Source of the DNA: Chiloscyllium plagiosum
Lineage: Eukaryota
DNA length: 37,355 nucleotides
Direction of reading: 5' to 3'
Assembly (NCBI RefSeq): GCF_004010195.1
Contig: NC_057718.1
Coordinates: 42,754,902-42,792,256 of the forward strand
Part shown: in pieces, positions 1-12,659 of the stretch
How the letters are laid out: every line of letters starts with the position of its first letter
How positions within the stretch are numbered: the first letter of the stretch is position 1
Program-made: the position numbers and the translations under genes
Notes under the pieces: generated by a model
Database searches by the model: none
The model's input: the letters and a program-made list of their open reading frames with translations, nothing else
What the model was told of the DNA's origin: nothing

Positions 1-196
1 GAAAGTTAATAATGCAGTGTTCAGTTCCATTTGTAATTCCTCAGAAAAATAAGCAACATTTGCTCACACATAGTAAAATTTGGACAATATTCAATTCTGG
101 GCTAAGATGTGGCCAGGAAGATTCATGCCACATAAGGGCCAGGCAATGAATATCTCCAACAAGAAACAGACCATCTTCTCCCTTGGTTTTCACTAT
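1..196 (+). mobile_element. Decayed CR1-group LINE (family A) RT fragment, interrupted by the insertion at 197-1404
   Basis: ggacaatattcaattctgggctaagatgtggcc...atctccaacaag...cttctcccttgg parallels the same RT segment in the copies at ~8002-8090 and ~10930-10990. The sequence resumes at ~1405. Confidence 0.6.
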
Positions 197-1404
197 TGTT
201 GTTCCTTTTTTTTCGCATTTTTGGTTTGGAACAGTTTGGTTTGCAGTTGAGAATTGAACTTTGAACAACAGCTTGTTTTCAAAAAAGAAGGAATTAAAAA
301 AAAGTAAACACATTGTTGGAAATTGGCCTGGGAAGATAATGGAGGTTAATTACTGCTATAAGAACATTGGAGACAATTCGGCACCAAGATGTTGTTATGT
401 GCAGGGACTAGCTACTGATTAGATGTTGAATTGGTCAATCCAGGGAGGACTAGTGCTGGGCAGCCAAACACAAAGAACTTTGAAAAAGAAAGAGAAAATG
501 AAGAGTGAACTGGCTCTCATTAGATTTTGGGCAGGCTAATTTTTGGTTTTGCTCTCACTCGTTATTCTCCGGTTATTGACTTGTTGAAAGTTCTGAGAAA
601 ATAACCCCAGTTTGGAGTTACAAGGAAAAATCTGCAGAAGCTTTTTGCATTGATCATAAACGTTGGAATTCAAGCAGATATTCATTCCTATACGACTGTA
701 AGACAATCTTCCAAGGTATTTATCATTGAATTGGTTATCAAACTACCAAATTACAATTTTTTTTTATTAGATTCAATTCCCTACAGGTCTTTGGCCCAAC
801 AGCTCCACACTGACCCTCCGAAGACTAATCCACCCAGGCCCATTTACCTCTGACTAATGCACCTAACACTATGGGCAATTTAACATGGCGAATTCACCTG
901 AACTGCACATCTTTGGACTGTGGGAGGAAACTGGAGCACCTGGAGGAAACCTATGCAGACACGGGGAGAATGTGAAAACTTTCCACACAGGCAGTCACCC
1001 GAGGCTGGAATCGAAATTGGGACTCTGGTGTTGTGAGGCAGTAGTGCTAACCAATGAGCTACCGTGTCACCCATTACAAAATGCTGCCCATTTTGCAAAA
1101 GCTCATCCCTTAACTGTGTCAAGTTTTGAGAGTGTAGGTTTGTAATCAAATTCAGCTTTTGATTGTAGATATTAATTAGATTGTCTTGCTCTCATCTATA
1201 TTCTGCTACAGTTACATCATTAAAAATGAAGTATTGATTTTTGTGTAAGTTATAATCTTAGTGTCCAAGATTTGTTATTTGCAAAGTCTGGTTAAGAACA
1301 AATGAGCAATTTTGAGGCTCATTGAATGGTCTAAGACCATTGTGTTATGAATCCAGTGCTAGTAAGGCAGATTTGATTTGGCTTGCTACCCCTATGTCAT
1401 AACA
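197..1404. mobile_element. Putative solo LTR (about 0.9 kb without the nested SINE) inserted in a CR1-group LINE
   Basis: Begins TGTTG and ends TCATAACA (TG...CA termini) and cleanly interrupts the family A LINE. No exact TSD found and no coding sequence. Confidence 0.4.
766..1072 (-). mobile_element. HE1-type tRNA-derived SINE (V-SINE), nested in the putative LTR
   Basis: The minus strand starts gggtgacacggtagctcattggttagcact (box A) ...tttcgattcc (box B-like). Similar to the copies at 24301-24617 and 31034-31323, with a (aatct)n-like tail. Confidence 0.88.
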
Positions 1405-1930
1405 ATACCACTACCAACATTGAATTTTCCCCCACAAACACCCGGCAGTGTCATCATTGACCAGAAATAAAACAATTGGACAATTCACCCCAAAACTAAT
1501 CATTCAGTAGCAGGTCAGTGACAGAGAATTCTACCTCATGTGGTTCTTCAAAGCTTTTCTACCACTAAAAACACAGGAATTTAACAGTCAATCTCCATCT
1601 TCCTGAATGAGTACAGCTCCAATAATGCAAAAGAGGCTTAACATTCACCAAGAGAAAGCAACCTGCTTTATTGATATACTATCCACTGCCTTAAATGTTC
1701 ACACCCTCTTTCATTCAAAGTGCTATTTGTATACCATCTACATGATACACTGCAGCAATTTGCCAAATCATCAACAGCATAGCTTTCCAAACAAGTAATT
1801 TATATCACCGAAAGAAAAAGTGAAGTAATAGCATGAGGATTACCATCTTCAAGTATCCTTTCACACCACCCCAACTTGGAACTATAACTTCTTTTCTTTG
1901 TCATGGCTAATGACCCTGTCCAACACTGTG
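1405..1930 (+). mobile_element. Decayed CR1-group LINE family A, 3' part
   Basis: cattgaccagaaa, gagtacagctccaataatgcaaaagaggcttaac and aaagcaacctgcttt align by eye with 8100-8600. Confidence 0.6.
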
Positions 1931-1939
1931 AAGGGGACC

Positions 1940-2450
1940 TTCTATTGAGAAAAAAACTGAGGACATGTCAGACACACCGCTGTAGAAGATGTGATGGAGA
2001 AACTGAGGGCTGGATTGGAGTCCTTACTGGAAGCTGACAATGAGAAAGTATAGCTGAGGTAACTGAAGGAGTCAGTGAGCTGGAAATGGATATTGGTGGA
2101 CAACCTGTCTTCAGAAATGGAAAAGTCAATAAAGGGAAGGGAACAATTAGACATGGACCAGATGAAGATAAGAAAGGACAGAAATTAGATAGAAAATTGA
2201 CTATTTTTTCTAATCCCAGATGAGAATTTAGACACAGCATTAATGATGTTGTCATTGTACCAAAGAATGTGTTGTGTTAGAGGGCCCAAGTAGGACTGAA
2301 GCAAGGAATGTTCCATAAATCCCACAGAGTGACAGGCATGACTGGGATCCATTCAGGTACCCATGGCCACATCTTTTACTTGGATGAAGTGGGATGAGTT
2401 AAAGAGAAATAGTTTAAAATGTTAGCAAGCTCAGGCAGGCAGGGCAGACA
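1940..2450 (-). mobile_element. Penelope-like element reverse transcriptase relic
   Basis: Minus-strand peptides FNSSHFIQVKDVAMGT and LPFIDFSISEDRLSTNIHFQLTDSFSYLSY resemble the PLE RT motifs (Q..G.AMG; LPFLD...STDIYYKPTDSHSYL). Frameshifted. Confidence 0.75.
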
Positions 2451-2519
2451 TGGCTGGGATGTATGTGATGCCCTAGCCATACATTTTACTTGACCTAGAC
2501 AATTGCTCAACTCAGAACT

Positions 2520-2853
2520 CAGTCATGGTAAAGTCTCCTGGAAAAACAGCAGAAATATTTTTGGGATGTCTTGAAAGGAACCCTCAAGATGTTGAGCATG
2601 CTACCAATTTATAGGAAACTCTGATTTGTGACCAACGAAATGGAGAATGCTCATTCGGGAAGACATTGAATAAATTAATAGACAAAGTTGAGACAGGGAG
2701 CACATAAACATTAAAACAACCTGTCCAGCCAAGCCTTTCAGTACCATCTGCCCCACATGTAGCAGAGTCTGCAGATCACAAATTGGACCTCTCAGTCCTT
2801 TCAATGATTTGAAAGCAAATCATTCTTGATCTTGAGAGATTGTCTAAAAAAAA
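2520..2853 (+). mobile_element. RTE-clade LINE 3' end
   Basis: C-terminal CPTCSRVCRSQIGPLS (atctgccccacatgtagcagagtctgcagatcacaaattgga) is typical of the RTE ORF end. It is followed by a short 3' UTR and an A-tract. Confidence 0.7.
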
Positions 2854-5800
2854 CACCAAATGGTTTACCTTACTTTTATTCCTGGGGAGCTGTAAGATAA
2901 ACTAAACTCATTATACTCAAAATGCACTGTTGCAGCCACTCCTGACACATTCAAATACAGCTAAATGAATTTGAAAACAATTTACCAAATTTCAGCATTG
3001 CTAGAGTCTAACAGGCTGCCCCACTAATACAGCTAGCACTAAATGCCAGCACTGTAAGCAATCGGGTCAGATTTTATAATAATGATCTACAAGTGGCGAG
3101 GAAATTTCTGAGCAAGATCTCTGATACTCATTTGCATGTAATCTTTATTGTTGCACCCTCTTCAGGAACAGTCAGGTACAGACACTAAATAAAACTTGGA
3201 AGAAGTTTGTGTGCTACTTAGAAGTAAAATACCAACAAAAGATTGGCAAGTATTTTTCAGGAGCTATTTGGAACCATAGCTGGGGAAATCAGCCCTAGTA
3301 TCATCACTCATTTTGTACATCAATGGATAGTAAACTGGCTATCTTCATTAATATCTTCCGCAGTAGTCTGGCAGATTGCAGTACTTCAGCAGCTGAATAC
3401 ACTGATGACATTTTCAGCAAACAAAGAACTGTCCCAGCTATTGGATTGTCTGAACGTGTGTCTGAAACAAATGCGATGGGCTGGATTCTAGTACTGGGGA
3501 CGTGACCCTGATGTTGAGCACATTTCCATATCCCAACATCAGTTTATTTTACAAATTGGCAATTGGTGGCCTGGGAGTGGGCACAATGAAGGATGGCAGG
3601 CAGGTTCTGGGGCTGGAGGGTCAACAAGACACTTTCAAACCTGAGAAACTGGCCACACCCTACTGTGAAAGGTGGGAGGTACTGATATATGTATGTACAA
3701 GAGGACAGCACCATCTTGAGGCACCCGCTGAAGACCTTTCATAAAATGGGAGGAGAACTGGCCAGAGCTGCCTGATTCTCACTGTGGAGTATGTTACCCA
3801 GCCTCACGGAGCTGCCTATCGCTGTAGCTGCAGTTACCTCGATATGTCGGGAGCAGGGACTGGAGCTTAAAATGCTGCCAAGTCATTTGCCCTCCTGCTC
3901 CCTCTATCCCTCACAGTTTGCCCCAGGAGCCTCCTTAATGCATTGGCTGGGCTTCTGCTGCCATTCAGCCAGATGCCTCAGATCCTGGCGTCAACTTGTT
4001 CTTTAATTGTTTTAACAGACTACCCTTTGCCTGCAGGAAGGTAGCTTCTACCCACCTGAATCAGTTTCTACTTAAGGCAGTAACATGTCCACAAACAAGC
4101 TCGTCACACTCTCTCCCTGGTTCTGTCAATAATAGGAATCAAACATTTAGCCCCATTCCTCTCACAGAGCTATATTAATGAGTTGAAGGTGAGGACAAAT
4201 CTTCCAAAGCACATTCGGGTATGATTTATCAGAGCCGAGATGTGTACACATATTCTCGGAAATGTCATCATACGTACATGAGATGATTACCCAATGAATT
4301 GTCCTCTTCATTTACTTAATGCAGCAGAAAGCGCAAAAAGATTCACAATTCCCTTGCTTTATATACTGCAAATTATACGCAGCAACAATGGAAAATGCCT
4401 GGATGCAAAACAATTTGCTTTCCAAAATTTGCAAAACATACATACAAAAGAACCAAATACAGAATGGATTGGTACTGAACTATTAAGTCACAAAAGAAGC
4501 CGTTACCAATTTCACAGACAACCACTATCTAGTTTTAAGAGGATCAACTCTAAAACAGGTAAGAGCTGTTGTTCAGTCATGCACCCATTTTATAAAGGCA
4601 AAATGACCATTATGACTGGCATACAGATTAAAATAAAGAAATATAATAGCATACTTGATATAAAGAAGTGTTTCATGGAATTGAGGCTTACACTTACTAA
4701 TAGTGTAACATCCTCAGCACTCACAAAATCTGCCCTTGTGCAAAATAGGCAAACAACGTATTACCTGAATTTAAGGAACAAGACTCTGATCTTTCCATAA
4801 CCATGTCTCAAAAATCAGGACATTTTATTCATCACTTCAACTTTTTTTAAGCCTTGTTTGAAAAGATTTTTTTTTTCTCTCTGGTATTCTGCATAGCTTT
4901 ATTTGCAAGATTGGAGTGCTAGTTAAAAAGCACATCTAAAACAAAGCATTCACTTATCTAGAATGTCTAAAGCTAGAGTTCTCTACTGGAATAGGTGACA
5001 AAGGCCTAATTAATCAGTTTGCTCATTCAGACACTATAGCAATTAGTAGATACATTTATTACAATGCACACACTGCCAGCTTGAATCCAGAGTCAATTCC
5101 TGGAATTTAGTGGCTATTACTGTTAAAATGACAGTCTTAGAATGTAAGTCTGAATAATGGCTGCCTGACAGCCAATTTAATTACATTATCTACGTCTTCA
5201 AGATGGACGATGTTTTTCACAACTAGATATAGACCACCTACCTGTCACCTCTTACCCTCTAACTGGACAAACAAGTACCATTAAAAGCATGCTTGAGCCA
5301 CAGTGTGTCACAAACATATCAAATTGTGAGCCTTGTGAATCATACTATATATTTACACGCTGATGACTCATAAGACCAAATGGTTTGCTTTAAGTGCTTT
5401 CTGTTCTGCTGGAAGCTGCATCTCATTTTAAATACCCATTTCTTTTGCTGTTTTTTTTTGCTGCAGTTGATATGCAATTGTCAACTGGACCATGAAGGCC
5501 CCTTCTGCTAGTCTCCTACCAAGCACAGACGCACCTGACATTTTGAGTTGTCCTGGCTTCCATTCTTCACAGTCAGCAACACTAAATGCCAGTTCTCCAT
5601 TTGTATGCTCTAGTATTGCAGCGCTTGGCCTTTTCCATACTTGCAGCTCATTCCTCTGAGTCTTTGCATCCATTTTTAAATTTCCACATGAGATAAATCA
5701 TACTGGTGTTCTATTAATATTATCAGCGGTGCATCTTAAGTTAGACTTTACATAAGTGCCATTCCAAAGTTATAGCATGTCTTTATATTTCACCTGTAGT

Positions 5801-6251
5801 AAACATAGAATCTAAAGCAACTTTCTTTTATTGAGCTTCTTTCAGGAGAAATTAAGCAACCACTCAAATTTTAGGATGATTAAGGAGAATTAAATTATAG
5901 TTGGAGTTAAATTATTATCATAAGTGGGTAATCAAGATGAAACAATAACAGAAATACTGAGCGTGCTGTATGTTTTTTGGAGAATTCTAAAAGCAGTCAC
6001 GCGGAAGCTGCTCCTTGACTATCAGTTTGAGCATCACTGTCTGTCATTGTGATCAATAGCAGCAGTAATATATCAGCTACATCAATGAAATTCACTGAAG
6101 TGTTAGATTAATAGAAACAAAAAGTCAAGAATGAATTTCAGATTGTTTAGAGTTCAAGAACAGTCAAAATTAAACTTTTAAATTATCACCAGTTGCTCTC
6201 CCATGGCAGTCCATCAACACTGTATAAAGTTGAGTGCCAGAGTGCATGGGA

Positions 6252-6700
6252 AGAAAGGCTTGCAATTGTACAGCAGCTTGTCACAGCTTTCTGAAACATC
6301 TCAAAGCATGACATTTTTATATTGACTTCATATAGAAGTAATTGTTAATAAAATACAAACACATCCATTTCTGACAAATGATGCTGAGACATAAAAAGTT
6401 AGCTGTAAACTATTTTTGGTGGTGTTAATTTTATAGCGTTCATTCAGGAAATAGTGCTGGTTAGAGAACAGGATAACTCCCTTTTCTTTTTAGAAACAAA
6501 ACCATGGAAACTTAGCATGCACGTGAAGAAACAGTTGGGGTTTTTGATTAATTTCTTGCCTGAGTGGCAACACCGCTGACAATGAAACACTGAGTTTTAG
6601 TATTGATTGTGTTCACTTTCTCGGATGAAGCTCAAGTACACCACTAACAAGTGGCACTCATCTGTAGGCAGTAGAGAATCTCTGCCAAACAGAATGCCAA
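6252..6700 (-). mobile_element. Highly diverged Deu-domain SINE (SacSINE1/AmnSINE1-like)
   Basis: The colinear blocks cttgcaattgtacagc...catctcaaagc, gataactcccttttcttttt, ccatggaaacttagcatgcacgtgaag and gcaacaccgctgacaatg match the recalled reverse complement of shark Deu-SINEs. Confidence 0.55.
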
Positions 6701-8001
6701 GTGTTCAAATCCAAGAGTTCTGCCATTTGAGTTTAAAGTTAGGTTTGTCAGTTTGTCAGTTTTCTGCTTGGTTGGCAAAAGCAGGGGCCTATTATGGCTG
6801 AATGCTCTATCTACAAGGAGTGAGCTGTCACAAGCAGCTCGTTTCAATATAACGCATTTCCTATTGACCAAGTTTAAAGCAAAATTGGCAGAGTTGTTTG
6901 CAGCTGGATTTTCGGTCCAAATGAGACTGCATGAGATTAAATGGATATTTTCTGGAATCATTCACTGAAGCATATAGTACTAACTCAAGACCCAATCTTG
7001 ACTATGCTGGAACAGTAGAGGCTTTTCATAAATTAAAAGGATATGAGAATGATGAGGTCCCTGGAAAAATGGTAAGTTGCTCCATAACATTCTCCCATCC
7101 ATAATTTTGCTCTTGTCCGTATTGCCTCCCCACCTTTGAAATGTTATTTTCACGGGAGATTTGCGAGACAAATTGACAACATTTCTCACCTTTTTAATCA
7201 GAAGGAGGACTGCTGAAGGAGTTTGGGGAAGACATTTGTAGAGTGCTGACAAATCAATATAAAGGAATTATTGAACATCACATAAATGGGCTAGCTCTTT
7301 TATTAAAATAATAGCCAAAGGAATGTCAGCTAGGAGTATTAAACATTCATTTGGAAATAGTCAACACTCATTCTTAGCCTATTTTTTAAACATAAAATAT
7401 AAACATAAAAAGGAGGAGAATAATTGCTTTCTGCACCGCATTTTATCAGCCTCATCAGGTATCATTTAGATTAATCACATTCAAAAATAAATTGTGTCGG
7501 GTTATGAGAGCTACAGCAAATAACACACTTATTTATCCTTACCTTCCACTCCTACATCACATAGCAACAGCAGCCCCAGTGCAACATATATTACACTCAC
7601 CAATACATTTACCAATCGACTAAACAGCAATCATTAACAACAAATACCATTCAGAATAAGCGTACACACAGTAAACAATACTTCATCTCAAACTTTTTAT
7701 ATTCTATGCAAAAAGTTAAAAAAGAATAAACAGCTTGCAAGCATAGTAGAGTTACTTGTTGCTGTTCGTTTCACAGCTTTTCAAAAAACAAGGCTCGTCA
7801 CCAAGATTCAAACAGAATTTCATAGAAATCTGTATATACACTAAAAAGGCATATTTCGCCTCTATTGAAATTTTGTTGTGGACATGACATGACATCATTA
7901 GATGATGTATATACAAAAGTTACCCATTGAAAAAAAGGTTTCACTTCACTAATGTCTGAAGATTGGGGGTATCCAGCAGTGCCAGATGCACTGCTCACTT
8001 A

Positions 8002-8720
8002 CCAGCTTGGGCTGATAAGTTGCAAGTAACATTTGCAATATTCAACTGCCAGGTAACCAGAAAGAATCTAATCGTCTCCCCTTGTTCACTGGCATTACCA
8101 TCACTGACTCTCCCATTACCCACATCATTGATAGGAAACAGACTTGGACCAGCCTTATAAATGTTGTGATGACAAGTGCAGGTTAGAGGCAAGGAACTCT
8201 GTCACAAGTAACCACCTTCTGAGATTCCAATGCTTGTCCATCATCTCCAAGGCACTGGAGTGTAATGAAACACTCTGTACTTGCCTGGACAGCTTTGTGT
8301 AGTTTCATCTACATTCAAAACACTTGACACAAACCAGGACAAGTAGCCCATTTGATTGGCACCCCATCCACTACCTTCAATATTCACTCCTTTCACCACC
8401 TATGCACAGTAGCTGCAGTGTGCTCCATCCCATCAAGAGTCCTCCAACAGCACCTTCCAAACCCATGACCTCTACCACCTAGATGCACAAGGGAAGCAAG
8501 TGCATGAGAACACCATCACCTGAAATTCCACTTTGTGCCACAAAATCATTCTGACTCGGAACTACATCACCATGTCACTGAGTCAAGATACTGGAAGTCA
8601 TTTCCTAACAGCATTGTGTGTGATTCTACTCCCAAAGAACGGCAGCTGTTCCAGAAGGAAGCTCATAACCACTTTTACAAGGACAGTCAGGGATGCTGGC
8701 CTAAATAGTGACACCCACTG
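8002..8720 (+). mobile_element. CR1-group LINE family A, 5'-truncated 3' end
   Basis: Peptide AWADKLQVTF, then LSIISKA.. and LDTNQDKVAHLIG-like text. The 3' UTR ends gatgctggcctaaatagtgacacccac. Confidence 0.8.
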
Positions 8721-10659
8721 TGGAAAAGTAGCAGTAAAAATGGTGCCAGTGTAACTAATACCTGATTTGCCATTTCTAAAAGCAGTTTCACCAACTTTTA
8801 TTTTGTCAGACTTGTTAATGATACTGCAGTTTCAATGCCTTTCATCGTTCTTGTTGTCTCAGAGCAAAAAATATAGTCACGTGGAATCACAGTCCTCTGA
8901 CTATTCCAGCAACTCTTTCATGCCTTCGAGAGGGATTAGGGGAGTATCATTTGTGACTGCGTTTGAAGATGTAGCTTCTGGAGTTCAGTGTGAACAGGAG
9001 TGGGTCACATAAATAATTGAACTCTTCAGACATGGAGTCCAAGACTGGTAGAAATTCAGATCATATGTTTGCAAATGGAGAATTTTTATTATCATTCAGC
9101 ACATTGGCACAGAAAGGATGTTTCACTGTATTTGCCTTAACTTATTTATTGTAGTCAAAGCCTTACCAACAGATGTATCTGGGATTCTGACTGACTGGCT
9201 GTAGACTAATGGCAATATTAGCTGTGAAATTATTGCCATCTCAATGAAATAAGAATCTACAGAAAGGATCCACAATCTCAGAAAATGGATAACACATGTT
9301 CCCATTGAGGCTTGTGGGAGGATCGATGCAACTTGGTCCACCAATCTCATTCACATAATACCACAAGCTGTGACTGCAGTGACAGGTGGGGTAGCGAGAT
9401 CCACTGGCTAAGAGGTGAACTGAGGTATTTGGTCCAGGATTTGAGGAGGGCATACAATCAGGAGAGACAGGCAGCTGCTCTAAATCTTAGTAATGATATG
9501 CCTGTTTCTCCTGGCACCAGTTTAAGGTGTTTTCATTTAAATGTATGTTTCAATAGCAGCTTCCAGTAACTCCTTTAAGAACCTCTGGTTGAACTGCATA
9601 TAGCCCCAGGTTTGAAAAGTAGCAGGCCCAACTTCTGATGCATTCATTAAACTGATTTCTAACTTAGGCCCAGTGTAATTATCTAGGATCAGTTAGAATG
9701 ATTGACCTAAGTCAATGCCAGCTTTTCAGACAATTGTCACAACACTTTCCTCCTGAGAGAATTCAGGGAAGACAGTGGAATCGCACCAGCTGCTGACTCC
9801 ATTGGGGCAGCACTAACTGTATCAGTGCAGAACCAGGTCACAGTGTTCCATGCAAGCCTCAATACTAGAAGTAATGTATACATTGAACATATGACAGTCA
9901 CCCCACGCTCTCAATGTTCAACTTGTTATATAACAATGCTCTTCTTAATCTGGCTTGCACATTCTGGATTAGTCTTTGGGTACGATCTGAGCATGTCACA
10001 GACAGGGGTCCAAGGCTGGTGGAGGAAGCCAAAGTGTCTGACCCTTGGAAGATTGCTGAAGATCAGGCCTTTGCTCTGTCCCATGCTGCTGGTGAACCTC
10101 TGTAATCAACCGAAGGCACATGTTGGAGTTGCAAGACAGGCAATGGGAACATCAGGCAGAGCTGCCACAGGCTGTGTGTAGACTATAGAGTAGGTTAGAG
10201 AAGTCCATCCAAGGTCAGTTGTAGCTTAGGAATGTGAGGGTTTTGTTGTTTCCAGGGAAAGTTTGGCAGACACCCTATGGACCCTGGCCCAACAGAACAC
10301 TCAGTTGTTTCTAGATATGCACTCAGACCTGCTCTCCTCTACTGTAGCCACACTGTCAATTAATGGTTAGCGGAGAATGAAGCACTCCAATCACCTTTCC
10401 GATGCCCCTTCATTACAATGAGGGCAGGAGCTGCCATCAATCACTCACAGGAAGAAGGAGCGCTAGCCAGGTACCCTAACAGATTCATCTCAGGACACTG
10501 TGCAGTTGTTCTATGGCTCAACTTTCCTTCTGCCAGAGACTCCATTGCTTCTAGCAGATCAATTCAAGAAAGTTGCATCTGCTCCTGTTTATGACCCTCT
10601 CAGCAGGATGGAGTCTTCCACACCCTGAGCCCCCTGAGGATGCCTGACAAAGTCATTTA

Positions 10660-10990
10660 TGCAACAAGGGGCAAACTATCCACTGGTTGGTGTCATATCT
10701 GACACAAAGGAAGATGGATGTAGTTGTTGAAAGTCGGTCATCTCATCCAGGACATCTCTACAGGAGCTCCTCAAGGTAATATCCTAGGCCCAATCATCTT
10801 CAGCTGTTTCATCAATGATCTTCCCTCCGTCATAAAGTCAGAAGTCGGGACAATCGCTGATGATTGTACAATGTTTAACATCATTTGCAAGTCCTCACGT
10901 ACTGAAGCAGTCCATTTCCAAATGCAGCAAACCTGCACAATATCCGAGTGTGAGCTGAGAGGTGGCAAGTCGCATTCATGTCAAACAAGT
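10660..10990 (+). mobile_element. CR1-group LINE family A RT core fragment (resumes at ~11929-11975)
   Basis: GAPQGNILGPIIFSCFINDLP...IADDCT (RT motifs, ORF 10724-11035). Confidence 0.85.
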
Positions 10991-11051
10991 GACATTTTTA
11001 CAAGTAAGAATATAGTTATCACTAAATATATGTGAATATACAAATATAGTT

Positions 11052-11927
11052 ATCACACTAAAATGAGTGGTAAAGCAAAGTGTGCAGAGGACACTGAAAG
11101 TTTGCAGAGGGATATAAATAGGTTTTGTGAGTGGGTAAGGATCTGGCAGATGGAGTACAATGTTGGTAAATGTGAGGTCATCCATTTTGGAAGGAATAGC
11201 AGCAAAATGGACTCTTATTTAAATGGTGAAAAATTGCAGCATGCTGCTGTACAGAGTTACCTGGGTATGCTTGCCCATGAATCATAAAAAGTTGGTTTGC
11301 AGGTGCAGTGGGTAATTAAGAAGCTAAATGGAATATTGTCCTTCATGCAGTTTAAAAATAGGGAAGTTATGCTGCAGCTGTATAGGATACTGGTGCGGCC
11401 ACACCTGGAGTACTGCATACAGTTTTTATCTCCTTACTTGACAAAGGATGTACTGGCACTGGAGGGGGTGCAGAGGAAGGTCACTCGGTTGATTCCAGAA
11501 TTGAGAAGGTTGCCTTATGAGGAAAGACATGGGTAGACTGGGACTGTACTCACTGGAATTTAGAACAATGAGGGGAGATCATTTAGAAACGAATAAAATT
11601 ATGGGGGCAATAAATAGTATAAAAACAAGGAGTTGGTTCCATTGGTGGATGAAACTAGAACTAAAGGGCGTAGCCTCAAAATAAGGGGAAGCAGATTTAG
11701 AACTGAGTGAGGAGGAACTTCTTCACCCAAAGGGTTGTGAAGCAGTTGAGGCTACTTTGTTGAATGTTTTTAAGGCAAAGACAGATAGACTTTTGAGCAG
11801 TAAAGGAATGAAGGGTTATGTTAAGCAAATGGATATGTGGAGCTGAGTCCATGAAAAGGTGAATGGCAGAGCAGGCTCAATGGGCCAGATGGCCTGCCTT
11901 TGTTCCATTTTTGTATGTTGCTATGTT
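11052..11927 (+). mobile_element. CR1 LINE (family B), 5'-truncated 3' end
   Basis: LQRDINRFCEWVRIWQMEYNVGKCEVIHFG and LYRILVRPHLEYCIQF. CR1-type 3' UTR ending tatgttgctatgttc. Confidence 0.9.
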
Positions 11928-11978
11928 CTCCTTGATATTCAATGGCACGACCTTCATCAATTTCAGCTGGATCATTGA

Positions 11979-12135
11979 CAAAACAAAGAAGAACTTCAGG
12001 TGCTGGAAATTTTAAGTAAATGCAGAAATTATTGGAGAAACTCAGCAGATCTGGCAGCATCTGTGGAGAGAAGGCAAATTAACCTGAAGTAAGTTCACTG
12101 GATGTGAAATGTTAACTCTGCTTTCTCTCCATAAA
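11979..12135. mobile_element. Degenerate Penelope inverted-pLTR remnant
   Basis: gaaactcagcagatctggcagcatctgtggagagaa ... ttctctccata inverted arms. Related to 25207-25373, with a decayed hammerhead-like core ctgaagt...gaaatgtt. Confidence 0.65.
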
Positions 12136-12512
12136 TTCTCTTTGACCATGATCTGAATCTGTGGACAGCAGTTGTTCCAACTCTGTGCTGGCCTCCTCAG
12201 TGTTCTGTGTATGACATGCTTAGCCTGTATGAGCGGATTTTCATTCTCAATCTACGAACAAGTCCACACAAAAAGTGTAGCTGGTTTACTCCAACTTATT
12301 CGCTTGGTTGAATGCATTAATTCACCCACACTGATCGCATTGTTGATCAAATATAATAAGTGCACTTCCTCAATTGTCCTACTTAATGATTTTTTTTCCT
12401 TGGCATGATCTCAATTATTGGTTCTTAAGATTCCTGGGAACGTACAGGAATAAAATATTTTGCTTGAATTTACGTCTTCTCAGTGCTGGTCATCAAACTC
12501 AAGTCTTTCATT

Positions 12513-12659
12513 TTTTTTTTGAAGGACACAAGGTGCATGAATCTTTATTCAAATTTCCACCACCAGGAAGAAAGGAAACACCCGAGTGGTCAGTGACAAG
12601 CAGTGCCCTTCACATCAAAGGGCAATGCTGTGTGATCAAACAGTGAAGGGGAGGGCAGG
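12513..12659 (-). mobile_element. 5'-truncated poly(A) retro-insertion (L1/Tx1-type 3' UTR) with 12 bp TSD
   Basis: Direct repeat aagtctttcatt at 12501-12512 and 12660-12671. The minus strand has AATAAA about 22 nt before a poly(A) tail. Confidence 0.8.

Noticed and set aside
3141..3181. Possible 10 nt microexon (ctcttcag|gaacagtcag|gtacag)
   Set aside because: Weak donor, length not a multiple of three, and no supporting context.
3050..4150. MITE-like GC-richer patches (also at 14780-15300, 15840-16150 and 20200-21440)
   Set aside because: Probably old non-autonomous DNA transposons, but I could not define termini.
4294..4800. Longest non-TE ORF (168 aa), containing a CAG|GTAAGA donor-like site at ~4558
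   Set aside because: No recognisable domain, AT-rich composition and no clear acceptor. Probably a chance ORF; blastp and RNA-seq would decide.
6931..7077. ATG-initiated 47-codon frame ending at ATG|GTAAGT, with TACTAAC nearby
   Set aside because: Peptide not recognised and no convincing acceptor or promoter. Such sites occur by chance in 37 kb.
9770..10655. GC-richer block reminiscent of decayed Harbinger-associated coding sequence
   Set aside because: No motif, TIR or TSD could be pinned down.
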